From assembly GCA_963699755.1 (NCBI GenBank), contig CAVOVB010000002.1, positions 480,001 through 544,000 on the forward strand: DNA of 64,000 bases, written 5' to 3'. Shown in pieces: positions 19,058 through 27,327 of this stretch. The notes beneath the pieces were generated by a model, which saw only the letters and a list, made by a program, of their open reading frames with translations, was not told the origin of the DNA and searched no databases. How positions within the stretch are numbered: the first letter of the stretch is position 1; each line of letters begins with the position of its first letter. The translations under genes were made by a program, and so were the position numbers. This stretch comes from an uncultured delta proteobacterium. Its GTDB lineage: Bacteria; Myxococcota_A; Polyangia; Polyangiales; Houyiibacteriaceae.

Positions 19058-21382
19058 TCAGTCGGCGGGACGCTCGACCTCGTACTCCGCCGCGAGGGCA
19101 TCGAGCTTTCGGAGCTCTGCCGCATATCGCTCCACAGCCTTCGCTCGCCCCATCTGCTGGCTGTAGGCAGCCAACAATCGCAAGATCTCCCGATTGGCTG
19201 GGTAGCGCTTCCGAATCTGCTCGAGCGTTGCGACTGCGGCCTCGCGCTTCCCCGAATCGAACTGGGCCACGGCAAAGACATAGCCAAAACGGATCATCTC
19301 GGGACGAGTCTCATACGCGCGGCGGAAGTGCACCATCGCGTCAGCGGGGCGTTGGAGGCGAATCAAGGTGAGGCCGAGGGCAAACTCGATGACAGCGGGA
19401 TCGGCCGCCTTGTCCAGGGCTGCGCGAAGAGCCTCTTCCGCCTCTTCGTCTCGTTGCTGAGTTCGAAAAAGGTCCGCGAGATTCACATAGGCGGCGCTGA
19501 AGGTCGGATCGATCTCGAGCGCCTCACGGAGATTCTCCTCGGCGTGCTTGGAGTCCCCGGCCAGGATTGCGACCTGGGCCATGTCGACAAGGCCTTCGCC
19601 GCGATCGATGTTGAACGTCCTCGCCTCTATGTATTCGGCGCTTGCGCTCATCAGCGCAGCGCGGTCCGCCGGGCTCCAACCGTTGGCGTCAATCCCTAGC
19701 AAGGCGGCCACGGCCTCGACCCGAACCGTGCGCACACCGTCACGGATCAGAGGGCGCACGACCTCGACGCGCTGCTCGGGCGGCATGTCTCGGGCGGCCA
19801 CCGCGACCGATCGTCGAACGATCGGGCTTGGGTCGCTGGCGGCGCGCATCAGCAAAGCGGGGAGCGCGGGAGAACCGAGACTGCGGAGCTCGAGGAGCGC
19901 CGTCGCGCGGACGATGGCCGCTGCTTCGCCGACCGCGACGAGCTCCACCAGGCCGGACTCGCCTTCCGGCTCCTGTAGACGGGCCGCGTGCACGGCCTCG
20001 GCAAACGGATGCGCAATACGGATGTCAAAACGCTTTGCGATCTCTCGTTCCGCCCAGCTGGCGCTCTTGCCACCATGGCAACTGGTACATGCATCCGGCG
20101 CGCCGATCTTCGCGGCAAGTGCTGGGCGCGGGATGCCGAAGCGGTGGTCAGCGCGATCGTCGTTCACCATGTAGGTGCGCTCGGGCATGTGGCAGTCGGT
20201 ACAAAGGCTGCCTCGGGTCCCCGCCTCGTGAAAGAGATGCTTCGGCGTGTCGTAGACCTGGGCCTGATGGCATCGGCTGCACAGGGCATTGCCCTCGAAT
20301 CGAAGCTTCGTGCTGTGCCCGTCGTGGCAGTCGCTGCAAACGACGCCGGCGGCGTACATCTTGCTCTGAAGGAACGAGCCGTAGACGTATACTTCGTCTC
20401 TGATTTGACCGTCATCGAAGTAAAGAAGCTCGTCGAGGGCCGTCACACGGTAGCGGTCGTGGTAGCTGGCGCTGTCGCCGCCGAGATCGGCACGCCGGGA
20501 ATGGCAGGGCGCGCAGGTTTCCGTTTCATCACTCGGTGGCGACTCGCTCAGCGATGCAATCGATTGGCCTTCCCCGAAGGACCAAATGCGCTCGGCGGGG
20601 GCCGGAAGACGCCGTTCGAAACCTGAGTTGGCCGGAAGCGCCTCTTTTCCAGCTTCGGCTGATTCGACAAGCTCGACATGCAGGGAACCGGGGCCGTGAC
20701 AGGCTTCGCAGCCGACGTTGATCTCGAAGTACTCCGTCGAGTAGCGCTTCGTTGCCCGATCGTAGTTCTTTTCCACTGCCGTCGAATGACAGTCGGCGCA
20801 GGAGTAGTTCCAGTTGTAGCTTGGCGCAGTCCAGTGCAGCGCGTCGCCGGGCCCGACGTATTCGTCAGGCTGCAGGTGGAACCAGCGTTGACCACCCTGC
20901 TCCCTCGGGCGCGTATCCCATGCGAAGAGAAACGCCTGGAGACGCCCAGGTTCGATCTCTACGAGGTACTGCTGAAGCGGCTCCACCCCGAACGTATAGA
21001 TGACCGGAAAGCGCCCAAGCTTGCCGTCGGCGCCAAGCGCCTCCACGAAGAACGCATCTCCGTCACGAACGAAGCGCACCTTCTCCTCGTAGTACTTGGC
21101 GGTCACGTCGTCGAAGTCGCCAAGCACGGTCTCCGGCGTCGCCTTTTGCATTGCCAGATCGTGATGCGACCCCCGCCAGCTCTCGTGCTCCGCCTCGTGG
21201 CAGGACGCGCAGCTCGTGGTGCCAACGTACTCCACCGGCCCCTTCGGCCTGGGAGTCGCCGTGGCCTGCTTCAGCTCTGGCGCCCGATCCGGGTCGGCGA
21301 CGACGGCTTCTTCCTTCTTAGCGCACGCCGCTCCCGCTATGGCGAGCGCAACCAACAAACCCCAAGCTAGCCTGTCTCGCAT
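19058..21382 (-). CDS. Octaheme c-type cytochrome lipoprotein with HEAT-like and TPR repeats
   Basis: Lipobox GAAC; eight CxxCH (CASCH, CADCH, CEACH, CAPCH, CSDCH, CSRCH, CTDCH, CTSCH); HEAT-like DPSPIVRRSVA; TPR-like AYVNLADLFR. Confidence 0.88.
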   Translation of the reverse strand: MRDRLAWGLLVALAIAGAACAKKEEAVVADPDRAPELKQATATPRPKGPVEYVGTTSCASCHEAEHESWRGSHHDLAMQKATPETVLGDFDDVTAKYYEEKVRFVRDGDAFFVEALGADGKLGRFPVIYTFGVEPLQQYLVEIEPGRLQAFLFAWDTRPREQGGQRWFHLQPDEYVGPGDALHWTAPSYNWNYSCADCHSTAVEKNYDRATKRYSTEYFEINVGCEACHGPGSLHVELVESAEAGKEALPANSGFERRLPAPAERIWSFGEGQSIASLSESPPSDETETCAPCHSRRADLGGDSASYHDRYRVTALDELLYFDDGQIRDEVYVYGSFLQSKMYAAGVVCSDCHDGHSTKLRFEGNALCSRCHQAQVYDTPKHLFHEAGTRGSLCTDCHMPERTYMVNDDRADHRFGIPRPALAAKIGAPDACTSCHGGKSASWAEREIAKRFDIRIAHPFAEAVHAARLQEPEGESGLVELVAVGEAAAIVRATALLELRSLGSPALPALLMRAASDPSPIVRRSVAVAARDMPPEQRVEVVRPLIRDGVRTVRVEAVAALLGIDANGWSPADRAALMSASAEYIEARTFNIDRGEGLVDMAQVAILAGDSKHAEENLREALEIDPTFSAAYVNLADLFRTQQRDEEAEEALRAALDKAADPAVIEFALGLTLIRLQRPADAMVHFRRAYETRPEMIRFGYVFAVAQFDSGKREAAVATLEQIRKRYPANREILRLLAAYSQQMGRAKAVERYAAELRKLDALAAEYEVERPAD

Positions 21383-21446
21383 CTGTCTTTGGTTTAGCGC
21401 GTATCGGCAAAACGGGACAGGCGACTTTTCGTCGGGATACACTCAG

Positions 21447-22952
21447 ATGGTGGAGATTGATCGGAGCAACGCGGTTCGGCTGGTTCGGTTTCTGGTTGGG
21501 CTCTTCTTTCGTCGGGTCGAAGTCAGTGGGGTCGAGCATGTCCCAAAAACCGGTGGCGGGATTCTGATCGCCTGGCATCCCAACGGGCTGGTCGACCCCG
21601 CGCTCATCATCAGCGGTTTTCCACGCCGGGTAGTGTTCGGAGCCCGGCATGGTCTTTTCGCCTGGCCGATCGTCGGACGCTTGATGCGCGCGCTGGGCAC
21701 AGTCCCGATCTATCGCGCAACGGATTCGACAGATGGTGACATTGAGGCACGGCGAGAGGCGAACCGGAAAAGCCTCGATGCGATGGCCCAGGCGGTCTGC
21801 GATGGAGGTTTTGCGGCCTTGTTTCCGGAAGGGGTGAGTCACGACGATCCGTTCCTCCAGGAGCTCAAGACCGGCGCGGCGCGGCTCTACTACCGTGCCC
21901 AGCAACTCTGCGCCGAGAACGGCGTTCCGCCCGTAATCATACCCGTCGGCCTTCACTACGACGACAAGACCATGTTCCGCTCCGACGTCCTAGTCGAGTT
22001 CCATGCGCCGTTGGCGCTGCCCAGCGAGCTCCTGGCACCGATTGCGGCAGGTGACGACGAGACCCTGCGCGCGCGAAGCGGCGCGCTGACCCGGGCCCTC
22101 GAGCCGGTCCTTCAAGAGGTGACCCACGCAACCGAAAGTTGGGAGCTGAATCAGATGATGGGACGCGTCCGGAGCCTGGTCCGAGCGGAACGGGCGAAGC
22201 GGGCTGGCGTGAGCCTCAAGGCGCCCGACATGACCGAGCGCTCGCTGGGGATGGCGCGGGTTTGGAAGGCTTACTACACGCGTTTGCAGACCGACCCCGA
22301 TGGCGTGCAGGCCTTGCTCGGTCGGGTCGAGACCTATGATGCCGCGCTTCGCGAAGCGAAGCTCGAGGACGACGACCTCGACAAACCGCCGCCGATCGAA
22401 TCCAAGTGGCTCCCGGTCCTCTTGGCTGCCCAAGCCGCCGTCGTATTCCTCGTGTTTCCGCCCGTATTGGTCTTGGGTCTACTGATCAACGCTGTCCCTT
22501 ACTTCCTCATCAACGTCCTCTCTCGCATCGCTTCGAGGCAATACAAGGACACCGCGACGATCAAGCTGCTCACCGGCCTGATCCTGTTCCCGCTCGCCTG
22601 GTTGATTTTCGCCCTGCTGGTGGGTCTCGGGCAGATCGAGCTACACAACTCGTTCGCCGGCATTCCGCGCGCACCCTGGCGCGCGGGGATCACGACCTTT
22701 CTGATCGGCGCCTTCGGCGGTGCTCTGGCTTTGATCTACCTGGAGCTGGTCAGCCGTACCTGGACGTCGATCAAGATCCGCGCGAAGCGCCAGTGGGGTT
22801 CCACCATCATCGAGCGGCTATCGGCCGAGCGGGCCGCACTCTACGACGCGATTGAAGAGATGCGCGAAGGCCTCGACTTGCCGGGGGATGTGCTTGGGGA
22901 CGGTCGGGTCGGAACGCGCGACTTCAGCCTCGACCCCGAGGACATGCCTTAG
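21447..22952 (+). CDS. Glycerol-3-phosphate/lysophospholipid acyltransferase family membrane protein
   Basis: WHPNGLVDP catalytic block, GTVPIYR, LFPEGVSH, IIPVGLHY, C-terminal TMs. Confidence 0.85.
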   Translation: MVEIDRSNAVRLVRFLVGLFFRRVEVSGVEHVPKTGGGILIAWHPNGLVDPALIISGFPRRVVFGARHGLFAWPIVGRLMRALGTVPIYRATDSTDGDIEARREANRKSLDAMAQAVCDGGFAALFPEGVSHDDPFLQELKTGAARLYYRAQQLCAENGVPPVIIPVGLHYDDKTMFRSDVLVEFHAPLALPSELLAPIAAGDDETLRARSGALTRALEPVLQEVTHATESWELNQMMGRVRSLVRAERAKRAGVSLKAPDMTERSLGMARVWKAYYTRLQTDPDGVQALLGRVETYDAALREAKLEDDDLDKPPPIESKWLPVLLAAQAAVVFLVFPPVLVLGLLINAVPYFLINVLSRIASRQYKDTATIKLLTGLILFPLAWLIFALLVGLGQIELHNSFAGIPRAPWRAGITTFLIGAFGGALALIYLELVSRTWTSIKIRAKRQWGSTIIERLSAERAALYDAIEEMREGLDLPGDVLGDGRVGTRDFSLDPEDMP

Positions 22953-23503
22953 CCGCCCCGACCTTTCCAGGGGATGTCTTGGATGCCGGCGCAGTGGTTG
23001 GCGTATCGGGCTAGAACGAAGAGCAGATCGCTCAGCCGGTTGATGTAGCGGAAGAGCTCGCCTCGAAGCGTCTCGTGCGCGCCGAGCGCGACGAGCGATC
23101 GCTCCGCACGGCGGCAGACGCAGCGCGCAACGTGAAACCTTGCCGCGGCCTCGCTCCCGCCTGGCAGGACGAACGACGTCAGTGCGGGCGGGCCTTCTTC
23201 GTATTCGTCGATCGCACGCTCGAGGGCTTCAACCTGCGCTTCGGTGATCAGGGGCATCATGCTCTTGTGTTTGCGCTCGGCGGTCGAGCCGAGCTCCGCG
23301 CCCACCTCGAACAAATCGTTTTGGATCCGATTGAGGAGGGCATCGAGATCCGCATCTGACACCTCAACGCGGGCCCAACCCACGGTGCTGTTAAGCTCGT
23401 CGACCTCGCCGTAGGTTTCGACTCGAAGCGATGCTTTCGACACCCGATCCCCACCGAAAAGGCCCGTCTCGCCAGTGTCGCCTGTCTTTGTGTAGATCTT
23501 CAT
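22949..23503 (-). CDS. PduO-type ATP:cob(I)alamin adenosyltransferase
   Basis: MKIYTKTGDTGETGLFGG, YGEVDELNS, FVLPGG, ARCVCRRAER, YINRLSDLLFVLAR. ATGA overlap with fmt. Confidence 0.93.
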   Translation of the reverse strand: MKIYTKTGDTGETGLFGGDRVSKASLRVETYGEVDELNSTVGWARVEVSDADLDALLNRIQNDLFEVGAELGSTAERKHKSMMPLITEAQVEALERAIDEYEEGPPALTSFVLPGGSEAAARFHVARCVCRRAERSLVALGAHETLRGELFRYINRLSDLLFVLARYANHCAGIQDIPWKGRGG

Positions 23504-24447
23504 CTCTCGGTCCCTTCGCTCGAAAAGCAATCGCCGACCGCAACCCCGCGCCCACTGGCGAAGGAGCGCGCGTCGACCCGCTTCCGGCCACTTTCTTGAA
23601 GCTCCTTAATTTCGAGCGTGCCTTCGGCACAGGCCACGAGGATGCCTTCCCGATCAAGTGCGATCACCTCGCCGGGTCTGGCCCCCGCGGGATCGAGCGT
23701 GGTGGCGAGCGCGCGATGCACCTTGATGCGCCGATCGCCGAGGAGCGTGTATGCGCCCGGCCATGGATTCATGCCGCGGATCTGATCATGGACCGCGCGC
23801 GCCGATTTGTTCCATTCGATGCGGCCATGCGCCTTGTCGAGGACAGGCGCCATCGTGGCGGCTTCGTCGTCTTGGGGCCTCGGCGTGAGCTCGCCGGCCA
23901 CGTAGCGTGGCAGTTGTTCCCTCAGGAGCGCAGCACCCATTTTCGAAAGCTTCTCACCGAGCGTCGCAGCGTCGTCATCGGGTTCGATCTGGGTTGAAAC
24001 GCTTGCGAGAATAGGACCGGTATCCATGCCCTCGTCCATTTGCATGAGTGTCACCCCGGTCTCTTCGTCGCCATGGACGATCGACCATTGAATCGGCGCC
24101 GCACCTCGCCAGCGTGGAAGCAGCGAAGCGTGAACATTCACGCAGCCTGCGCGCGGGGCTTGGAGGACGGCAAGTGGGAGGATCCGTCCGTACGCGACCA
24201 CGACGGCCACGTCTGTCTCGAGCACGTGAAGGCGTTCTGCGAACTCCGCGGTCCGCACTTTCGTCGGTTGCCAGACGTCGAGCCCAAGCTCCAATGCGCG
24301 CTGTTTCACGGCAGGAGGACGCACGGAAAGCCCTCGCCCCGCGGGACGGTCGGGTTGTGAGATCACCTTCACGATTTCGCTAATCTCGTGCAGCGCATCC
24401 AGGCATGGCACCGCGAACTCGGGGCTGCCGAAAAAAATCGTCCTCAC
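23500..24447 (-). CDS. fmt: Methionyl-tRNA formyltransferase
   Basis: FFGSPEFAVP, QPDRPAGRG, VVAYGRIL, NVHASLLPRWRGAAPI, MDEGMDTG. Confidence 0.96.
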   Translation of the reverse strand: MRTIFFGSPEFAVPCLDALHEISEIVKVISQPDRPAGRGLSVRPPAVKQRALELGLDVWQPTKVRTAEFAERLHVLETDVAVVVAYGRILPLAVLQAPRAGCVNVHASLLPRWRGAAPIQWSIVHGDEETGVTLMQMDEGMDTGPILASVSTQIEPDDDAATLGEKLSKMGAALLREQLPRYVAGELTPRPQDDEAATMAPVLDKAHGRIEWNKSARAVHDQIRGMNPWPGAYTLLGDRRIKVHRALATTLDPAGARPGEVIALDREGILVACAEGTLEIKELQESGRKRVDARSFASGRGVAVGDCFSSEGTER

Positions 24448-24453
24448 AAGCCG

Positions 24454-24969
24454 TCACTGCGCGGCGTCGACCGCGGCGCGCTTGGTCATCGCGCGATGCA
24501 CGATACGACGGCGCAAGACACTGAGATGGTCGATCATCAGCTCGCCATTGAGATGATCATTTTCGTGTTGAATCGCAATCGCCAAGAGTCCCTCGGCCTC
24601 GAGCTCGAAGGGGTTGCCGTCCTGGTCGAGCGCCCGGACGGTGACGCGCTCGGCGCGTTCGATGTCTTCGCGGATCCCCGGAAACGAGAGGCAGCCTTCA
24701 TTGAAGGTGGTTTCACCTTCGGCGGCGATGATCTCGGGGTTGATGAAGACACGGAGATCGCTCGGCTCTTCCTCGCCAGAGGCCACATCCACTATGAAAA
24801 GGCGCTTCGAAACGCCGATCTGTGGCGCAGCCAATCCGACGCCCGGGGCCGCGTACATCGTCTCCGCCATGTCGTCGATCAAGCGGCGCAGCTCGGCGTC
24901 GATGACCTCGACGTTTTTGCCAGGCTCCCGGAGCCGTTTGTCTGGATAGAAGAGTATGGGGCGAATCAA
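24454..24969 (-). CDS. def: Peptide deformylase
   Basis: GVGLAAPQIG, EGCLS, QHENDHLNG. TTG start with GGAGG SD. Confidence 0.96.
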   Translation of the reverse strand: MIRPILFYPDKRLREPGKNVEVIDAELRRLIDDMAETMYAAPGVGLAAPQIGVSKRLFIVDVASGEEEPSDLRVFINPEIIAAEGETTFNEGCLSFPGIREDIERAERVTVRALDQDGNPFELEAEGLLAIAIQHENDHLNGELMIDHLSVLRRRIVHRAMTKRAAVDAAQ

Positions 24970-25060
24970 CGTGGAACCTCCGAGCCGCCAAGAGCTGCAA
25001 GCCTTCAAAAGGTAAGCAGTTTCTAGCGCCGGGCAACCTAGGTCGCAAGATCGAGGGCGT

Positions 25061-25092
25061 TTGACAGGGCCGAGAAGCTAGAACATGTTCTA
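25061..25092 (+). promoter_or_regulatory. Promoter with overlapping KstR-type operator
   Basis: TTGACA (25061-25066) - 17 nt - CATGTT, overlapped by the perfect palindrome TAGAACATGTTCTA (25079-25092), which fits TnnAACnnGTTnnA. Confidence 0.7.
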
Positions 25093-25126
25093 TTTTGCAA
25101 GCGAGCCGAAGCAAAGGAGCGCCGCA

Positions 25127-26857
25127 ATGGCGGAGTGGGACCGTACAGTCGATCTACTGGTAATGGGAAGCGGTGCGGCCGGCATGGGGGCAGCGGTGCG
25201 CGCGCACGACCTCGGGTTGGATGTGCTGCTCGTCGAAAAGAGCGACCTTTACGGCGGCAACTCCGCGATGTCAGGCGGCGTCTGTTGGGTAGCGAACAAT
25301 CCCGGCATGGCGCGGGAAGGCATCCGCGACTCCGATGAAAAGGGCTTCGAATACCTGAGGCACATCACCAAGGGCGAGGTACCCGACGATCGGCTCTGGC
25401 TTTACATCCGCGAGAGCAAGCGAGTGCTTGCCTACCTGCACGACGAGACCCACGTCCGCTACGTCCCGCTGGCGAAGTACACCGACTACTACCCCGAAGC
25501 GCCCGGCGGGCTTCCGGGAGGACGCTCGATGGACCCGGTCCCGTTCGACGGCTCGAAGCTACGCGAAGACTTGATGCGCCTGCGAAGGCCCCACCCTCAA
25601 TCCCAGATCCTCGGGAAGTTCGGGATCACTGCGAAGGAAGCACAGGCGGCGATCGGTGTAGGCTTCAGGACGATGTTGTTCATGGCCTGGCAGATGTTCC
25701 TGTACATGCTGCGGCACTTCAAGCGCAAGCGCTGGGGACGGGACACCAAGCTCTGCGCCGGCAACTCGTTGATGGGGCGTCTCTTGCTTTCGTTGAAAGA
25801 CCGGAACGTGCCGGCCTGGCTCAACACGACCATCGAAGAGCTCGTTTTCGAGAATGGCAGGGTCGTCGGAGCTGTGATCAGCAAGGAGGGCGAAACCATT
25901 CGGGTAAAGAGCAATCGTGGCGTCGTTCTCGCGGCCGGAGGGTTTTCACGGAATCTCCAGATGCGGCAACAGTACCAGCGGCATCCGATTACGACCGAGT
26001 GGACCGCAGGAACGCGCTCGAACACCGGTGATGGCATCCTGATGGGGCGCGATGCCGGCGCAGCGCTCGACTTGATGGACGAAGCTTGGTGGACGCCCGT
26101 CTCGATGGTGCCGAATTCGCCTTTTTCGTGGGTTCTGGTCGTCGAAAAGAGCCTGCCGCATGGGCTATTCGTCAACCAGGCGGGGAGGCGATTCACCAAC
26201 GAGGCGGCGCCGTACATCGATGTCGTCAACGGGATGTACGACGACGTGGCGAAAACCGGCGCGACGAATCCGCGCTGGTTCCACATCTTTGATGCGACGT
26301 ACAGGAAGTCGTCGATCGCTGGACCGGTTGCGCCAGGCAAAGTCATGCCCGACAAACAGCTCCCGCGCCGCTACCGTGATGGCAAGTTCCTCTACAAGGC
26401 CGACACGCTCGACGAGCTTTGCGTGCAACTCGGCATTCCAGCGACGACCGTGAAGTCAACGATTGCGCGTTTCAACGAGTACGCCGTCAAGGGCGAGGAT
26501 CCAGACTTCAACCGCGGCTGGAGCGCGCAAGATCGCTACTACGGCGATCCGAGAGTGAAGCCCAACTGTTCGCTCGGCCCGGTCGAGACCGGTCCGTTTT
26601 ACGCCGTACAGATCTACCCCGGTGACCTCGGAACGAAGGGCGGCCTCGTCACCGACGAGCACGCTCGCGTGTTGAAAGAGGACGGTCAGCTGATCCCTGG
26701 CCTCTACGCCGCGGGCAATTCGTCGGCGTCGGTGATGGGGCGCACGTATCCTGGCGCGGGCGGCACAATCGGCCCCGCGCTGACGTTTGGATTCCTGGCG
26801 GCCGAGGACGCTGCCCGGGAACCGAGCAGTCAGAACGCCCAGGAAGCCGCCCAGTGA
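25127..26857 (+). CDS. kstD: 3-ketosteroid Delta1-dehydrogenase-like FAD oxidoreductase
   Basis: GSGAAG Rossmann motif, GGNSAMSGGVCW, YTDYYPEAPGG..GGRS, NEAAPY, GDLGTKGGL, GLYAAGN..ASVMGRTYPGAGGTIG; SD AAGGAG. Confidence 0.8.
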   Translation: MAEWDRTVDLLVMGSGAAGMGAAVRAHDLGLDVLLVEKSDLYGGNSAMSGGVCWVANNPGMAREGIRDSDEKGFEYLRHITKGEVPDDRLWLYIRESKRVLAYLHDETHVRYVPLAKYTDYYPEAPGGLPGGRSMDPVPFDGSKLREDLMRLRRPHPQSQILGKFGITAKEAQAAIGVGFRTMLFMAWQMFLYMLRHFKRKRWGRDTKLCAGNSLMGRLLLSLKDRNVPAWLNTTIEELVFENGRVVGAVISKEGETIRVKSNRGVVLAAGGFSRNLQMRQQYQRHPITTEWTAGTRSNTGDGILMGRDAGAALDLMDEAWWTPVSMVPNSPFSWVLVVEKSLPHGLFVNQAGRRFTNEAAPYIDVVNGMYDDVAKTGATNPRWFHIFDATYRKSSIAGPVAPGKVMPDKQLPRRYRDGKFLYKADTLDELCVQLGIPATTVKSTIARFNEYAVKGEDPDFNRGWSAQDRYYGDPRVKPNCSLGPVETGPFYAVQIYPGDLGTKGGLVTDEHARVLKEDGQLIPGLYAAGNSSASVMGRTYPGAGGTIGPALTFGFLAAEDAAREPSSQNAQEAAQ

Positions 26858-27327
26858 GCGGACGCGACTGGCGCGCCTTCGGGCGTCTTCACGCCGCGCT
26901 CTACAAGGCCTTGGGGGGCCGCTTCGTCGACCGTGTCGGTTTGGGCCGCAAAGTCCTTCTCCTCACCACCACAGGCCGCAGGTCCGGCCAGCCGCGAACC
27001 ACCCCGCTGGTCTACATGCCGCAGGGCAAGGACCTGGTCGTCTACCCCTCCAACGGTGGCAAAGAATCCGAACCCGCCTGGTGGCTCAACCTCCAAACCA
27101 CCCCCGCGGCAACGATCCAGATCGGCAAGGAAACCCGCCCAATTCGAGCCCGCCAAGCCACCGGCCCAGAATACGCAGCGATCTGGCCCGAAGCCGCCCG
27201 ATACAACCCCCACTGGCGCAGCTACGCCCAAGCAGTCCAACGCCCAATCCCCCTCGTCATCCTACAGGGGGTCGATGTCCAGGGTGGCGTGGGCGGGGGG
27301 GAGGCCGGCCTCGATTCGGGCGGCTAG
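26854..27327 (+). CDS. F420H2-dependent (Ddn/FDOR-A-like) nitroreductase family protein
   Basis: LLLTTTGRRSGQPRTTPL, SNGG..EPAWWLNL, Y.....RPIPLVIL. GTGA overlap with kstD. Confidence 0.88.
   Translation: MSGRDWRAFGRLHAALYKALGGRFVDRVGLGRKVLLLTTTGRRSGQPRTTPLVYMPQGKDLVVYPSNGGKESEPAWWLNLQTTPAATIQIGKETRPIRARQATGPEYAAIWPEAARYNPHWRSYAQAVQRPIPLVILQGVDVQGGVGGGEAGLDSGG

Noticed and set aside
25079..25092. LexA (Cheo) box reading of the palindrome
   Set aside because: The Gram-positive SOS box is GAAC-N4-GTTC; here the spacer is 2 nt and the downstream gene is not an SOS gene.
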